From Felis catus (taxonomy: Eukaryota): DNA of 64,000 nucleotides. A program made the position numbers and the translations under genes. Below the pieces are notes generated by a model. It was not told the origin of the DNA, searched no databases, and worked only from the letters and a program-made list of their open reading frames with translations. The DNA is taken from positions 66,466,001 to 66,530,000 of the forward strand of contig NC_058368.1 of the NCBI RefSeq assembly GCF_018350175.1, written 5' to 3'. How positions within the stretch are numbered: position 1 is the first letter of the stretch; the number at the start of each line of letters is the position of its first letter. This document shows, piece after piece, positions 50,100 to 63,940 of this stretch.

Positions 50100-51050
50100 T
50101 AATGTATTATAGCCCACAGAATAAAATGAATATTCATGAATCCCTACAACATAAATAAGCATGGGGAAAGGAACAGTAGAGCTTAATTAATAAACATAGA
50201 AAGAATGATGCGAATAGAAAATAACCAGAGACAAATTCCACAGGAGTCATTGTATGATAAATGATGTATTGACATAGTCTAAAAATAAGATATTTATTAG
50301 TTATAAAAGGGGGGGTGGAAAGAAATTGGAAAAACCTGTGAGATACCATTTTAACAAATGATCAAATCTAACATCACCAACAAGAAGACATTACATGGAA
50401 ACATCACATACCTCCTCCTGAACTCATACCATCAAATAAAGTTCAAGGTTACTTTGGTAGTATTCTTGCCAAAAAATGCTTAACTTCAATTTATTTATGA
50501 AAAAAAATTAGATGTGCATTGAGAGCTTTACTATTATCTTACTGTATTGTACTCTCTTGGTCTTAGTTTCTTTTTCTGGACGATAAGGGGGTTGACTGGC
50601 CGGTATTCTTCCAAAGTGTCAAAGTCATGCAAGACAAAGAAAGACAGGATTTTCACAGTTCAGAAAAGACTAGAGACATGACAACAAAATGCCATATGGG
50701 ATCAGAAAAGGGACATCAGGGAACACTGGTAAAATTCAAATAAGGTCTTTAGATTGGCTAATATTGTATCAAGAGTATATTTGTATCAATTGTTTATTAA
50801 TTATTAAGTCAGTTAAGTGTTTAATAATTAAGTGAAATAATTTATTAAGTGTAACAATTAAGTGTAATAATCTACTAATTATCAAGTCAATTAAGTGTAT
50901 CAATATGTCCTGGTTTGATCACTATACCATGTTTACACAAGACGGTAACACGAGAGTAAACTAGGGTGAAGGGTATGCGGGAAGTCTCCTGACTCTTTTG
51001 CAACCTTTCTGCAAATCTAAAGTTATTTCAAAATTCAGAGTTTAAAAATA
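50100..51050 (+). mobile_element. Old L1MC-type 3' region
   Basis: caaatgatcaaatctaacatcacc, gactagagacatgacaac, caacctttctgcaaatctaaagttatttcaaaat. Confidence 0.6.
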
Positions 51051-53679
51051 AGAAACTCCACCTACCATCCTAAAATTGGGGTCCTGACAGTCTTTGGTCT
51101 CACATCACAAGTTAACAGGTACAAGACCTTTGATCTAAGTTACAAAGGAGTCTCTCCTTAGGAGATATTTGTCCACCCATATCAAAAGACACCCTGCTTT
51201 TGGGCAGCAGGGGGTGCATTTCTGCTACATTGACAGTTTTTATTTCAACCCCTATAAGACAGTTTTAATTAATCTCTTTTAACTTTACAGAGTCAAGAAC
51301 CCACAGGTGTTTGTCTCTGTCCTTCAAATCACTGATGGTAGAATTGTTGATACAAATCATCAACAAAAGAAAAAGTGTGTATATCCTACTCTTTAGTCAT
51401 GTTTTTACATGCTTTTCACATGGCTTACTTAGTCGAACCTCAGTTACCTGCAAATGTGTTCAGAACATATGACGCAAGCAACATTTCATAATGATCTGAG
51501 GAAAAAGTGATTCTACTAATCATTATGTATATTATGTTGGTAGTAGAAGCTGTCTAAAATTGCCTTAATTATTTCTCATAATAACTAACCTTTTATTCTT
51601 CCTGAGTATCAGGCACTGAGCAGATCACTCTATGGATTACTTCCTTTAATCCTTCAGTAGCCCTGAGGTAGGCGTAGATGCAACAGAAAAAAGACATTTG
51701 TTGGTAATCTCTGGCTTCAGAGAAAGACCAGGGTGGATGTCATTGGGCCCCGTGGAACTTCTGTGCAGGGGAAATAACTGAGTTGCCACCGGCGTCATCG
51801 TTTATTTGATTGATCCCTTTTTATTTATTTCTTTTAAATCAGGTTACTCTATTAGCACTGGGATGGAGGAAGACGGGAGAAGGAATTGAGGGAAAGAGAG
51901 ACAAAAGGAAAGAAGAAAGGGAAGAAAGTAGGAAAGAAACATCTCAAGTTGTATGAAGAATCTCAATGTTGTCACAAACAAAGAAAACTTTCAGTTTGAT
52001 GTGTTTTAAATTAGAGAAGTTTCCAGCTGGAGAAGGACTCAGGGGGAACATGAAAGCCATCTTTAAAAATGTGAAGGGCTGTTTCGGGAAAGTGGGATTC
52101 GACTGTGGTCTGAGAAGGAAGTTTAGGGAGACATATTTCAACTTATTATCAAGAAACTCTTTGTGGCTGCAAAACCCAATTACAGGTGAGGCTGCCTGAG
52201 GACTTGGTGAGCTCCTGGCCCCAAGAGGTGCTCCAGAGGACTCTGGACATCCAGCCCTCAAAGAACAAGGATAAAAGCAGGGACTGGCACTTAAATTAGA
52301 TGACCTTAAAAGTCTCTTCCAGCCAAGAAGCTCCCTGAGGAACTCTGAGCGTCCTCTTTGCCACTGGATCGGATCCACCTGCGAGATGGCAACTTCCAGC
52401 TCCTTGCTCACGGTGTCCCGAATCCAGTCCATTTGCACACTGATTGTGGAAAAGCAAACTGAATAGTGTTGGGGGATAAGAGGCTGACTTAGACAAGCAG
52501 TACATTGATGTCAGAATCTTTCATCGCCAAGAGAGATCTAAGTGAGTTCTAACATTTGAAAGACTTGCTTTAGTGAACTTCTGTCCCTGATGGTCCTGGT
52601 CGACCCTTACCTACAAGCGGAAGGCTGTGCGGTGTGCTAAGAGATCAGCTCTGGAGTTAGCCTGCCTGGGTATAAATCGTGGTTCCCATCTCTTGACTGG
52701 GGCAGTCATGGTATTCTTTACCCACCTATTTCCAGATCTTTTCTCCTATGTGGTAGGATTAGACGTCACCCGCCATACACTTGCTGTGACCATGTGACCC
52801 GCTGTGGCCCGTGACCCGAAAGCTGTAAAGTCAGGGTGTGATTTGTAGCCTGGTCTCAAAATGAGGACAGTGCAGAACAGAGCTCCCAGCCACTCCTGAA
52901 GGTCATGCGGCGTGCGTGAGAAAAAAAATCCTTGTTGTTTTAGCCCACTGAGGTCTGGGGATGTGACCTCAGTATAACTCGGCCTCCCCTGAGTGATACC
53001 AAAGCTCTGGGCCACTTACTGAACATCTCTAGACCTCAGGCTTCCCATCCATAAAATGGAAGAATAGTAGCCTCCACCTCATAGAAGCGCTTTGGGAATC
53101 AAGTGAGAAAGTTAATGCGCACAAAGTGCTTCACCCAGTGCCCGGCTTATAAGTCCGTGCTCAAAAATGTTGTCTACTATTACCGCTACCCCATAAGTTC
53201 CATTGGGTCAGGACCCACGTGGCCGAACACATTGCAGGCACTCAATGAAAATTTGTCATAAATGGAAATTAAGTTGTTCTCGACAAGAACATTGGTGATG
53301 CTCTGCAAGCCAGTGCTAACCCAGTGAAGAATATTCAGTTGAAACCTCACTAATGGCAGCTGCCCCCCTAAAACTCTCCCTTTGCTTCCTAAGATACCAC
53401 TCTTGACCTGGTTTCCCCCTATTTTTCTGGCCCCTCTGCAACCCCTTTTCCAGATCCTCGTTCTATCCCTTACTATCAGTGCCATTCTGCAGAGTGAGGG
53501 CTTTGGTTCCCCCTCATATTGGAATCACTGGGTAGCTTTTAATAAAATACTGATTAATGCCTGGGTTCCACCCCCAGGTATCCTGATGTAATTGGATTCA
53601 GAGCATCTGGGCGTCAACATACTTAGAAGCTCACCAAGTGATTATAATGTGTGGCCCAGGTAAACTAGTGCTCAACACC

Positions 53680-54000
53680 TGTCCTGTCCAACGCAGTGGC
53701 CGGCTGCCACATGTAGCCATTAAGCACTTCAAAGGCAAGAAGTCTTTGTAGGATGTGCCGTTAAGCGTAAAATGCATACCAGATTTCAAAGACTGGTATG
53801 AAGAAAAAAGCATGTGAAGTAGTTCATTAATAATTTTTCCATTGGGCACGTGCTGGAAGGATGACATTTTGGATAATTGAGTTAAATAAAATATATCGTT
53901 CAAATTAATTTTACCTCTTTCTTTTTACTTTTTAATGTGGTTGTTAGAAATTTTTAAATTATGTACCTGGCTTATGTTACATTCCAACTAGAAAGAGCTG
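53680..54000. mobile_element. MER33-like hAT-Charlie element, with a MER5-like piece at ~53490-53670
   Basis: gccacatgtagccattaagcactt...gttaaataaaatatatc...tttttaatgtggttgttagaaattt. Confidence 0.75.
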
Positions 54001-54027
54001 CTTCACACACTTGATGAATGTCGCTAT

Positions 54028-54219
54028 CTTTTTTTTTTCTTAATGTGTATTCATTTTTGAGAGAGCGCAAGCAGGGAAGGGGCAGAGAGAGGGGGACAGA
54101 GGATCTGAAGTGGACTCTGCACTGAGAGGCTCACAGCAGCAAGCCGGATGTGGGACTCGAACTCGCGAACCCTGAGGTCAAGTCAGACGCTCAAACAACT
54201 GAGCCACCCAGGAGCCCCG
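54028..54219 (-). mobile_element. CAN-SINE
   Basis: Reverse-complement SINE. Confidence 0.88.
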
Positions 54220-55257
54220 GTGCCATCTTTTCTCATGGCTCCTACCACCTGTACACCAATCACCCTCAAACATGTTTCTCCAGCACTTCTTTTCTGAACC
54301 TCAGATTCACAGACCCAACCCAAACACAACATCTCCTTCATAAAATCTGTTCCTGCTCCTCCTACAGCTGCCTGGGCCGCGTCTATACCTACTGAGTCAG
54401 TAGACCAGAAGCCTACGGTGCTTCCCTGGTTCCCGCTCTCCTCACATCTTCCCCAAACCCTGTGGACCAACTGTAGTCCCTCCTACTTCTTAACTTTCCC
54501 TCAGGATTCCCACCACATTCCATTTCCACTATCACTGCCCTCACAGACTTTTAGCACGTTCTGCACGCTCCTTACCTTCCCTCTAACCTATGCTAGACAC
54601 CTAACAATAGGTGGGTGTTTTAAAATGCAAATCGCCTCCCGCTCAAATGTCCTTTCCTGCCTCCAGTGGCCTTGAGGAGTCACCCAGGCCCTTAGGATAC
54701 TATCTTTCCCTGCCTTTTCCCAGTTCCCACATGGCACTGCTCCTCCAGCTGTGTTGAACCACCGATTCTGCCATGTACCCCACTCTCCCAAGACTCTGGA
54801 TCTTTGCCCAAATTGTGCCTGGAATGTCCTTCTGGTTCCCTTGTGCCGGCGTAGCTCTCATACTTCAGGACTCCCAAGCTCCTCCCTGCAAAGCCCTCCC
54901 CAACCAACCCAACCCTCAGACTGGCTAAGGAGGCCCCCGCCTGCTCTCATAGCCACCTGTGTCTCCTTGCATCATATGCCTCGGTGGGCGCCATATTGTC
55001 TTTTTACTTTTGTCTATCTCTCCCATCAGATGACGAGCTTCTGAAAGGCAACAGCCATTCCTGGTACGTCTCTGTATCCCCAGCGTCTCACTTAGTGCCA
55101 AGTGCATGCTAATAAAATATCATCATCATCACGACAATGATAATAATAGCCACAGACATTGAGCAGTTGCTGCCTGTCAGAAACTGTGTTCTCTTCTCTG
55201 CACAGTTGTCATTTTCAGTAAGAAGTTTATCATGTTTCTTAAAACAATAAAATTTAC

Positions 55258-55380
55258 GGGATGCTTGGGTGGCTCAGTTGGTTAAGCGTCCAGTGACCGA
55301 TTTCAGCTTAGGTTATGATCTCACACTTCATGGTATCGAGCCCCCCGTCGGGCTCTGCACTCTCAGACCCTGCTTGGGAT

Positions 55381-55422
<42 letters not shown>

Positions 55423-55448
55423 AAAATGAATAAATATTAAACAAATAA
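55258..55448 (+). mobile_element. CAN-SINE
   Basis: TSD aataaaattta; (CT)n tract. Confidence 0.9.
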
Positions 55449-58400
55449 AATAAAATTTAAGCAAGTGCCCAGGACTGTATGAAATACCACAAAAAAAACA
55501 CTAAGGAGAATATTCTGTATAGGACCTGAAAATATAATTGGGTAACAACAATAGTGCATGATTATTCCAGACAAAACCACCACCTAAAGACAGACATCAT
55601 GCAAATAACTTGTAATTTATTAAAGTGAAATCAAAACCTTACACAGAATATGGTTTTGTTCACCAACATTAATGAAGCATGGGATGCTTCTGCCCAATCT
55701 TAAATAATCCCTATTAGTGTATCCATTCAACAATCTGTGTGATATGTATAGCACGGTGTGGCGATGAATATTATATTTCTCTAAACATATGCTTTTGTAT
55801 GTATGGGGATACAGATATATATCTTTGAAAATAATCAAGAGACAGAAAAGAAACACATGCATCATTTAAGGCAACAAAGGCCAAACAGGTCTCCAAGCCC
55901 ATTAGAACTTCGGAATACGGAGAGACAAATGTGGACTGCTGTAACCGGGACCCCTCCTGCAGGTGGTAAGATTTGAAGCGGAAGCTGACGCAGATCGAAT
56001 GCGCGGTAAGCAAGAAGAGGGGTTTTGCAAGGCGGAGGAAAACAGCTTGAGCAAAAGCATGGAAGAGGCCTTGAGCATGTTCTAAGAACACTGGTTTGGC
56101 TTCTCTGTGAAGTTAAATCTCATCCGTGTCTTTAAACATTGCAACAGACTATTTTTTTTCATCTCCTCTGACTCATGTCTGTGCTTTTGTCTCATTTGTG
56201 GTGCAGGGTGAAGGACTGTGCCTTTCTGATGAGCACCAGTCACTCCCCAGGATATAGCACTGTCAGAGACGAAAACAACGTTGTCTCACTCCTTCAGTCC
56301 TCTGAGGTGAGAGCAGGCTGCTTCACGGTTCACACGCTGTTCTGCTGCTGGTTAGCGGGCTTGTGCACCCCGTTCCACCTGGACGTATAAATTACCGTCT
56401 GCACTCCAAGTGCTTCAGAGATGGCCAAAATTGATCATGTGGGGAGGTAACGGAGGTCTGTTACTGTTTTATTGACATCTATGGAACAATCCTGAGCTTT
56501 GAGCAAATTTAGCACACCAAGCAGTTTGTATAACCTCTGACCGTCTATTTTTCAGAACTCACATGGGAAACTGTGGGTAGAACTTGCTATACCTGAGATT
56601 ATAGGGGTGTGGTATATTAGAGGGAGATAAAACCATCAGGGGAAGCCACGACCTGACCTTAGACCCACCAGATGGGACTAGGCAGACCCTGAAGATTTCA
56701 CCCAGGAGTCGGGCTGGAGGATAAAGCAAGATGGCCTTGATTACTTCTTCCCTTGATCTAGATTGAAAGGTCAAGGGTGGATATAAGCTGCCTACTGTGC
56801 TATGCATTTACTGCTTCCATCTCCCTCCTGATGAAATACTAGAAGAGCAGATAGGATGCCACAGCCACCTCCCAGGCTGCCTGAGGAAGAAGAGACAGGA
56901 AAATGCGAATCTGGGGAAAATTTTTGGTGTTCAGAACAGACCATTAAAACAGGAGGGGTAGATAGGGTTCACCACATATGAATTTAAGCTGTCTTAAATA
57001 TGAATTTCCGAACTTCGCTGTCTTGTTTCCCCTCCCGCCTGCAGAGGCTGGGCTGACCAGTACAGAATCTAAGGTAAGCAAAGTTCACAGCTCCCAGGAG
57101 GTGGCCCATTGGGACCCCTTGGCTGGGTTGAGTCACTGGAAGATTCTGTGCATTCCCTGGACTATAACAGCATAGGATGAGGCGTGTGACCCAGTCTTCA
57201 AGGCCCAGGTTCAAGTGACCCCTGCAACTCCCATGCCTCGTGTTGTCTAGTGCACTATTGACCGGACCTGATTATGGAATCAGATCCGCTGATTCAGTGT
57301 GCTGGCAAGTATTTAAGCCCCAATTAGCTTAAAGTAGAAAGAAATGATGGTCAAGTGCGGGTGGCTGGGTGGGGAGGAAAATTGGCAGAATTAAGGCTTG
57401 AGGTACAAAGCTGGGTAGGCTATTTTCTACATTACACTTAAACCTTTCTATAACTGCAGCCCGCAAGAGAAATACATCTGATGAAAACCACATGATTCTA
57501 ACTAAATGAACTAAGCAATGCTTCTTTGTGCTAAAGATTTCATGGTTTGCCTCATTTGTAATAGGAGGAGAAAACATTTTAAAAGAATAAACTTTTGAAA
57601 GCAATCCATGTTTACCAACCAAGTAACGTATAAGATCATTCGAGGAAAGGCAAAATAAACCAATATCAAAAACGTGTTCCAAAAAAACAAAGTTTGTACA
57701 AACATTTGCCATTGCAACTAAGATATCTCAAGGCATACTAAATATGTAATTTCTACAATTTCCCCCAGATGTAATCATTTGCTAAATCACAAGAGGGCAA
57801 GTGGGGAAGGAGGGGAGCTGAGGAGAATGGCATAGGCTAGAAGCAGCTTCCAGACAATTCTCTTCCTCTAAGTTTTATTCCACCCACCAACAACATCCTT
57901 CCTTTTCTGTCCCTTCCAATTTCCAGTCACTTTTCCTCATTCTCTGAAGACTTTGACAGTTGACTCCTGCCTCTGTCCAACTCAAGGTCTGTGTGAACAC
58001 CCATCCAGTATCTAGGCTTTCGTCTCCTTGACCTCATCTCCAAATAATTCCTTCTTTCCTCTAGCTTGACTTTTCTCTCATGCCCTTGCCCAATCCATGA
58101 CCAAATACTGTTGATTTTACTTCCCAACATTGTCTCAAAACTGTTCACTTTTCTCTACTTTTCACCTATACTGTGCTGACTCAACGTCATCCATTGCCTA
58201 AGCAGGGTCCATAGCCTGTGTATATCTCCCACACCCATTCTCTCTCCCCACTGGAGCTACTGTAAAATACTAGTTTGATCATCTTATGTCTGTTGCTTAG
58301 AACTGAGCATCTGAATAGAGTCCAGTTCCTCATAGGGGAAGGTTCCAGATTCTTAGCATGGACTCAAGCTCCCCCGAGATTTGGCCTCTTGCCCTCCCTG

Positions 58401-60559
58401 CAGTTACATCTTTCCCCATGCCTCTCCTTAATCCCCAAGCTTCAGTCTTGTGGGGCTTATTTCAATTCTTAGAATGTCCTAGATTCTTTCCAGCTTCAGA
58501 GTCTTTGCCCAAACTCTTCTGTTTGGATGCAATGCCCTTTCTCCATTGCTTTATTGTCACTCTCCAGCCTGGTTATTTCTTAGCCCTTGTTACTGCCTAT
58601 TTAATTTGGACTGAAGGGGAAAACTTTATATCCCCAGCCTAGGAGGCTGGGGATATAAAGGACAAGCACAGCTTGGTTTTGCACATAAGGAGTTTGCATT
58701 GGACACTTGCTCAATCTCATCTAACCTAATCCCACCTCGGAAAGAAGAAATTATTTTACATCCAGGAGTGTACTGAGGCACACGGATGAAGAATTTAAGA
58801 TGGCAAGAGTTGTCTGAATCGTGGCCACTGCAATCTGTCGTGTGCGTTCTGTCCTGCTCAAGGGAACAGCGTCAGGAGGTGGGTAGGAGCTAAAATCCAT
58901 CCACACTTGACATGCCAAACTACACGTCTGTGGGGACTGCACCAGCTGAAGATGTGCCTTCTTTTCTGCACAAAGTGGGGTTGGGACTACCTGATTCACA
59001 TCCCAAAGATGCTGGCCCTTTGGTCATTTCAGAGGTGTCCAAAGAAAGGGAAGAGCCTGAAAGTCAACCAGATAATAAAGGAGCCAAGACAAAGCCCAGT
59101 GCTTGTGACGGGTCCATTACTCTACCACGAAGCAACTCAAACAGTTAACTGTGAGGCAGAACAGAAGAGAAGATCTAAATACGCATTGAGTTCTGAGATG
59201 GCAATTAAGGACATCTAACAGAGTCTGTAAGTGGTTCCTCTCTGACTTTAAGATGTCTCTTCGAAGTCAAGAAGGGTCAAATAGAGCCTCCAAACACACA
59301 TCTTGCTGTTTAACATTCCCAATAATCTCAGCGTTAACCCCTCCATTGCTTTCAGATGCTGCACCACTGGCTGCAAAATTAAAATTAGAATCAATACAAT
59401 GAGTACCCAGGACGTAAAACAATTCAAGGCTCTATTTCAGCCTGAAGGTTCATTTAAGCTGTAGGAATAAAAAGAAAAGACCGCCCTTTGTTCTCTTCAT
59501 TTCACAATCCCACAAATGGCCTCTTAGCCAAAATAGCTCCTCTAATCTTTAAGTTTTAATTAGCTGCCCACAATTCATAAAATATCAGGAATTAAAATGC
59601 TGATACCTCATTCTCCTGAGAAATGGCACACAATTAACCTCTTTTTTCTGGTTAAAGACAGAAATTGAGAAAGGGTAATGACAAAATTAATCTATTCGGA
59701 TGGCAAGGCCTTCCACAGTTCTAGAAAACAGCCTCTGACCCTGCGTCAAAGGGAAAGCGATTCCGAGTGCATGGAGAAACAGCGGACTCGCAGCCGAGAG
59801 CCTTTTGTATGCATGACGAGTTACATCGCAAAACCATATTGGGCACCCCAACTCTGAGAAAAATGTTGAATGATTCCCCAGTTAACCGACCCAACCCACC
59901 TTCCTTTTCCCTCTGAAAATGGGGATACACAGGCATTAAATAATGTCTGAAGGTCCGACTTTCTATCGAGGTGGAAGAAAAGTCTAAGAAACAAACAACT
60001 TCCTGGAATGATCTCAAGATCAGAGTATCCAGCTGGCAGTAAGGTCAAATGGAATTTCTGGTATGGAGTTTTGCTTTTCTAGAACAATTAACCCCCCCCC
60101 CCCCGAAAGTCGATTTTTCTTTTTTTTTTTTCATTTTCTGATGGTAAATATTTAAATAAGATTAACCATATCCATTTAAACTTGGTGGAAAGCTCACAGA
60201 AACAGAAGAGAGTCCCAAACATTTTAACATACGCTCTCAATGAAGACACTGGAGGCGACGGGGAATCTGGATGTTGTAGAGTCCATCCGCTTGCCTTCAA
60301 AACCCACTGTGGCAGCTCATTTAGCTGTGTGATCTAGGGTAAGTCGCTTAACCTCTCTGAGCTTTTGTTACATATCTCTAAAGGGAGGACAAAAACTGTT
60401 GTGAGAATGAAACAGAGAATGCTTGCCACAGAACCTGGCACTTTACTAGTGCTTGTTAAGGAGCTGCTACTGTTGTCAATAGAGGAACCCAGATATCTTT
60501 AATGAGTACAGAGAAAGATCCTGTTCCATGTTAAGAACCTTGGTAATTCTAATTGCTGC

Positions 60560-61180
60560 TGTTTGTTTTTAGGGAGCAGCTCTACTAAGCTGTAACTCAT
60601 ATACGGTACAATTAACCTATTTAAAGTGCCCACTTCAGTGGCTTTTAGTACATTCACGGAGCTGTCACTCTATCACCACAATTAAAAATTTCTTTTTTAA
60701 TGTTTATTTATTTCTGAGACAGAGAGAGACAGAGCATGAGTGGGGGAAGGGCAGTGAGAGAGGGAGACAGAGAATCCGAAGCAGGCTCCAGGCTCTGAGC
60801 TGTCAGCACAGAGCCCAACTCGGGGCTTGAACTCACTGACCATGAGATCATGACCTGAGCTGAAGTTGGTCGCTCAACTGACTGAGCCACCCAGTTGCCC
60901 CTATCACCACAGTTTAGAACCTTGCATTACTGCAAAAAGAAACTCCATACTCATGGGGAATTATCACTCCCCAGTCCCTACTTTGTCCCAACCTTAAGCA
61001 ACGACTAATCCACTTTCTGTCTGTAGTTTTGCCTACCTGGGACATTTCATATGAATCGAATCATAGGATATGTAGTCTCTCCGTGAATGATTTCTTTCAC
61101 TGAGCATTATGTTTTCAAGGTTCGTCCAGGCTACAGCACATAGCAGGACTCCATTCCTTTTCACAGTTGAACATTATTTT
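60560..61180 (-). mobile_element. L1MB-type 3' end interrupted by a SINE
   Basis: tttaaagtg...cttttagtacattcac...ctaatccactttctgtct...ggacatttcatatgaat. Confidence 0.75.
60688..60900 (-). mobile_element. CAN-SINE, SINEC_Fc-like
   Basis: TSD ctatcaccaca. Confidence 0.93.
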
Positions 61181-61239
61181 ATTACAAGAATATATGTACA
61201 TTTTGCTTATCCATTGCTATTTTTTCTTGATAGAGTAAT

Positions 61240-61460
61240 TGTAAATTCAATGCTAAATATGTATATATTATATGTATAAATATATGTAAAATATATTTAT
61301 ATGTATAAATATATTTATTTATAATTATATAAATAAATACATTTAGGAATAAATATGTATATTTATGCATAAACATATATTTATGCATAAATATATGTTT
61401 ACACATAAATATATACATATATAAATCTATTATATGTATATATTATATGACATATAATAT
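61240..61460. repeat. AT-rich low-complexity tract
   Basis: Degenerate (TA)n/TATG repeats. Confidence 0.85.
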
Positions 61461-61538
61461 GAATCTTTATCCATATAGAGCTGCTTTCTAGCCTACAAAG
61501 TGTGTTGACAGATGTGATTTCATTTGAGCATGCACAAT

Positions 61539-61986
61539 TTGTTTTTAATTTTTTTTTAATTTTTTTTAACGTTTATTTATTTTTGAGACAGAGAGAGATA
61601 GAGCATGAACGGGGGAGGGTCACAGAGAGAGGGAGACACAGAATCTGAAACAGGCTCCAGGCTCTGAGCGGTCAGCACAGAGCCTGACGCAGGGTTCGAA
61701 CCCACGGACCGTGAGATCATGATGTGAGCCGAAGTCGGACGCTTAACCGACTGAGCCACCCAGGCGCCCCTGTTTTTAATTTTTTTTAATGTTTATTTAT
61801 TTTTGAGAGAGAGAGAGAGAGTGAGCAGGGGAGGGGCAGAGAGAGAGGGAGACACAGAATCCGAAGTAGGCTCCAGGCTCTGTGCTGGCAGCACAGAGCC
61901 CGACGGGGGGCTTGAACTCATGAGCTGTAAGATCATGACCTGAGCCAAAGTCAGACATTTAACCGACCGAGCCACCCGGGGGCCCC
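61539..61986 (-). mobile_element. Two SINEC_Fc copies, one (~61557-61770) nested in the tail of the other
   Basis: Outer TSD tgagcatgcacaat (61525-61538 / 61987-62000); inner TSD tgtttttaatttttttt (61540 / 61771). Confidence 0.93.
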
Positions 61987-63524
61987 TGAGCATGCACAAT
62001 GTTATTTGCAGCTCACAACAGGTGTTGTTACACATTTCATAGATGAGCCCAAAGAAATTATACATCTTAGCAGAGATTACACAGCCACACGGTTGTGGGA
62101 GCTGGGGCTCAAACTCAGACCTTCTGGGTAGAGCCCACATGTTTCCTGATACAGCTGAGCTACAATGAACGTCATCCTATCAAACAACGAGGGTAGGGGA
62201 AGGTCACAGCTTCAGGGTATGCTTTCGGTGTCTTGGAGGGAGCTGAGAGAAGGTAATAAATAAAAGCTCTTTTCCATGACCTCCGCTTGCTCCCCAGATG
62301 TAGTCAGCGGCAACTACATTGCCAGGGGGAGGGGATCTTGGCTGTGCAACTTCCAAGTGAATTTATCACTTCTCATATCACAGCCACTACTGGAGTTGAC
62401 CCGTTCCCGGAGAAGCAAAACAACAGTAGCCTTGTTAAGTATTCTATCTTCCCACCCCCCTGGCTAAGTGCCTGGCTGCGGCTTTACACCAATGCCATTT
62501 CTAAGCATCACCACTGTGACCAGAGACGCACTGGCCCTGGACTGATGGGAGAAGGAACACTTCCTTCTGTACTGAAACCCCCAGGTGAACCCTGTATGCT
62601 TTGCTGCAAATGGGCATAAGAGCTGGCTCCCTCCTGTTGTTCAAACTGCCCTGCTCCTTCAGCCGGGGAGAAACGACCCCAAATTATTTTACTTTTCAGA
62701 AGGCATCCTGAGCACTTTAGTTTTTAATCATTTTTTTATTTCCCCCCAAGCCTAAATCAAAGCAATTTGTTAATAATAATCTTTCAGGAACCCGACTCTA
62801 GTGCGTGCGGACGTGTATACAAAATCTCGAAGAGATTTAGGGAGAGGGGGAGAAAAAAAAGGGGTTGGAAATCCATCTGTGGATTTAAATTCAGTAAAAT
62901 GAGCTTATTACTGGCCCCTCTCCCCCCTCACCTGCAAAACTCAAAACCAGCTGTGACGGGGGCTAGAACGTGGGAACGTAACCAAGAACTATCAGTTGCT
63001 CCCTTCTCTCGGAAGCTGTGGTCAACCCAGCACAGAGAAGTGCAGCGGGCTGTAGCACCTTCAGGACGACTCTAGGAGTAAGAGCAGCCCTGCCCAGCAC
63101 GTGAGGCGAGCTGGGGAGCTGCTGTGTGTGTGTGACCTCCTGTCCGCTCCAGACGAGAAGGACGTGTGGCCACAGAGGACCCAGGACCAGACCAGCCTTT
63201 GACCTTCGCCACGGCCTGCCAGCTCTCAGCAGCCCTCGGTCCATGTTCAGCCCAGACCCTCACCCCTCACCCGGTGTCATTTGCAAATGGCCTTGGGACC
63301 CCTCAGATACGTGGACTCAGAGCCCTGTGCACTGAGGTAGGAGAGTACAAGCTGAGCCAGCATCACTAATTGGGCTCCTTGGTGACTCTTTCCTTCAATG
63401 AAAAGAGAAAGACTTTGTTCCATGTTAAGCGCCTGTTCCTCAGTTGCTTTCTTCCCCCCAGGGAATAACGAAATCTTCTCTTGGTTCATCCTCAGTAGTT
63501 GTTTCTAGAGACCCCCAGCAGAGT

Positions 63525-63940
63525 TGCATCATGGGCTCAATTTTGTCCTCCTCAAATGCACATTTTGAAGTCCTAACCCCCAGTATCGCAGAATGTGACT
63601 GTGTTTGGAACTAGAGTTGTCACGGATGCAATAACCCGGTACGACTGGTGTCCTTACACAAAGGAGAAATCTGGAACCAGACACACACAGAGGGAGAACA
63701 CCATGTAAAGATGGAGGCGGAGATCAGGATGCCGCTTCTGTACCCCAAGGAACGCCAAAGATTGCCAGCACGCCACCGGAAGCTAGGTGACAGGCATAGA
63801 GCAGACTCTGGCTCACAGCCTCAGAAAGAACCAACCCAGCCCACACCTTGATCTTGGACTTCTTAGTTTCCACACCTGTGAGACAGTAGCCACCAAGTGT
63901 GTGGTACGTTGTCATGGCAGCCACAGCCAACTAATGCAGA
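63525..63940 (+). mobile_element. MaLR LTR (MLT1B/C-like)
   Basis: gaagtcctaacccccagta...cacaccttgatcttggacttc...gcagccacagccaactaatgca. Confidence 0.8.

Noticed and set aside
51944..52438. 164-aa minus-strand ORF
   Set aside because: No recognisable domain; it overlaps degraded L2/MIR-like sequence and has no evident exon structure.
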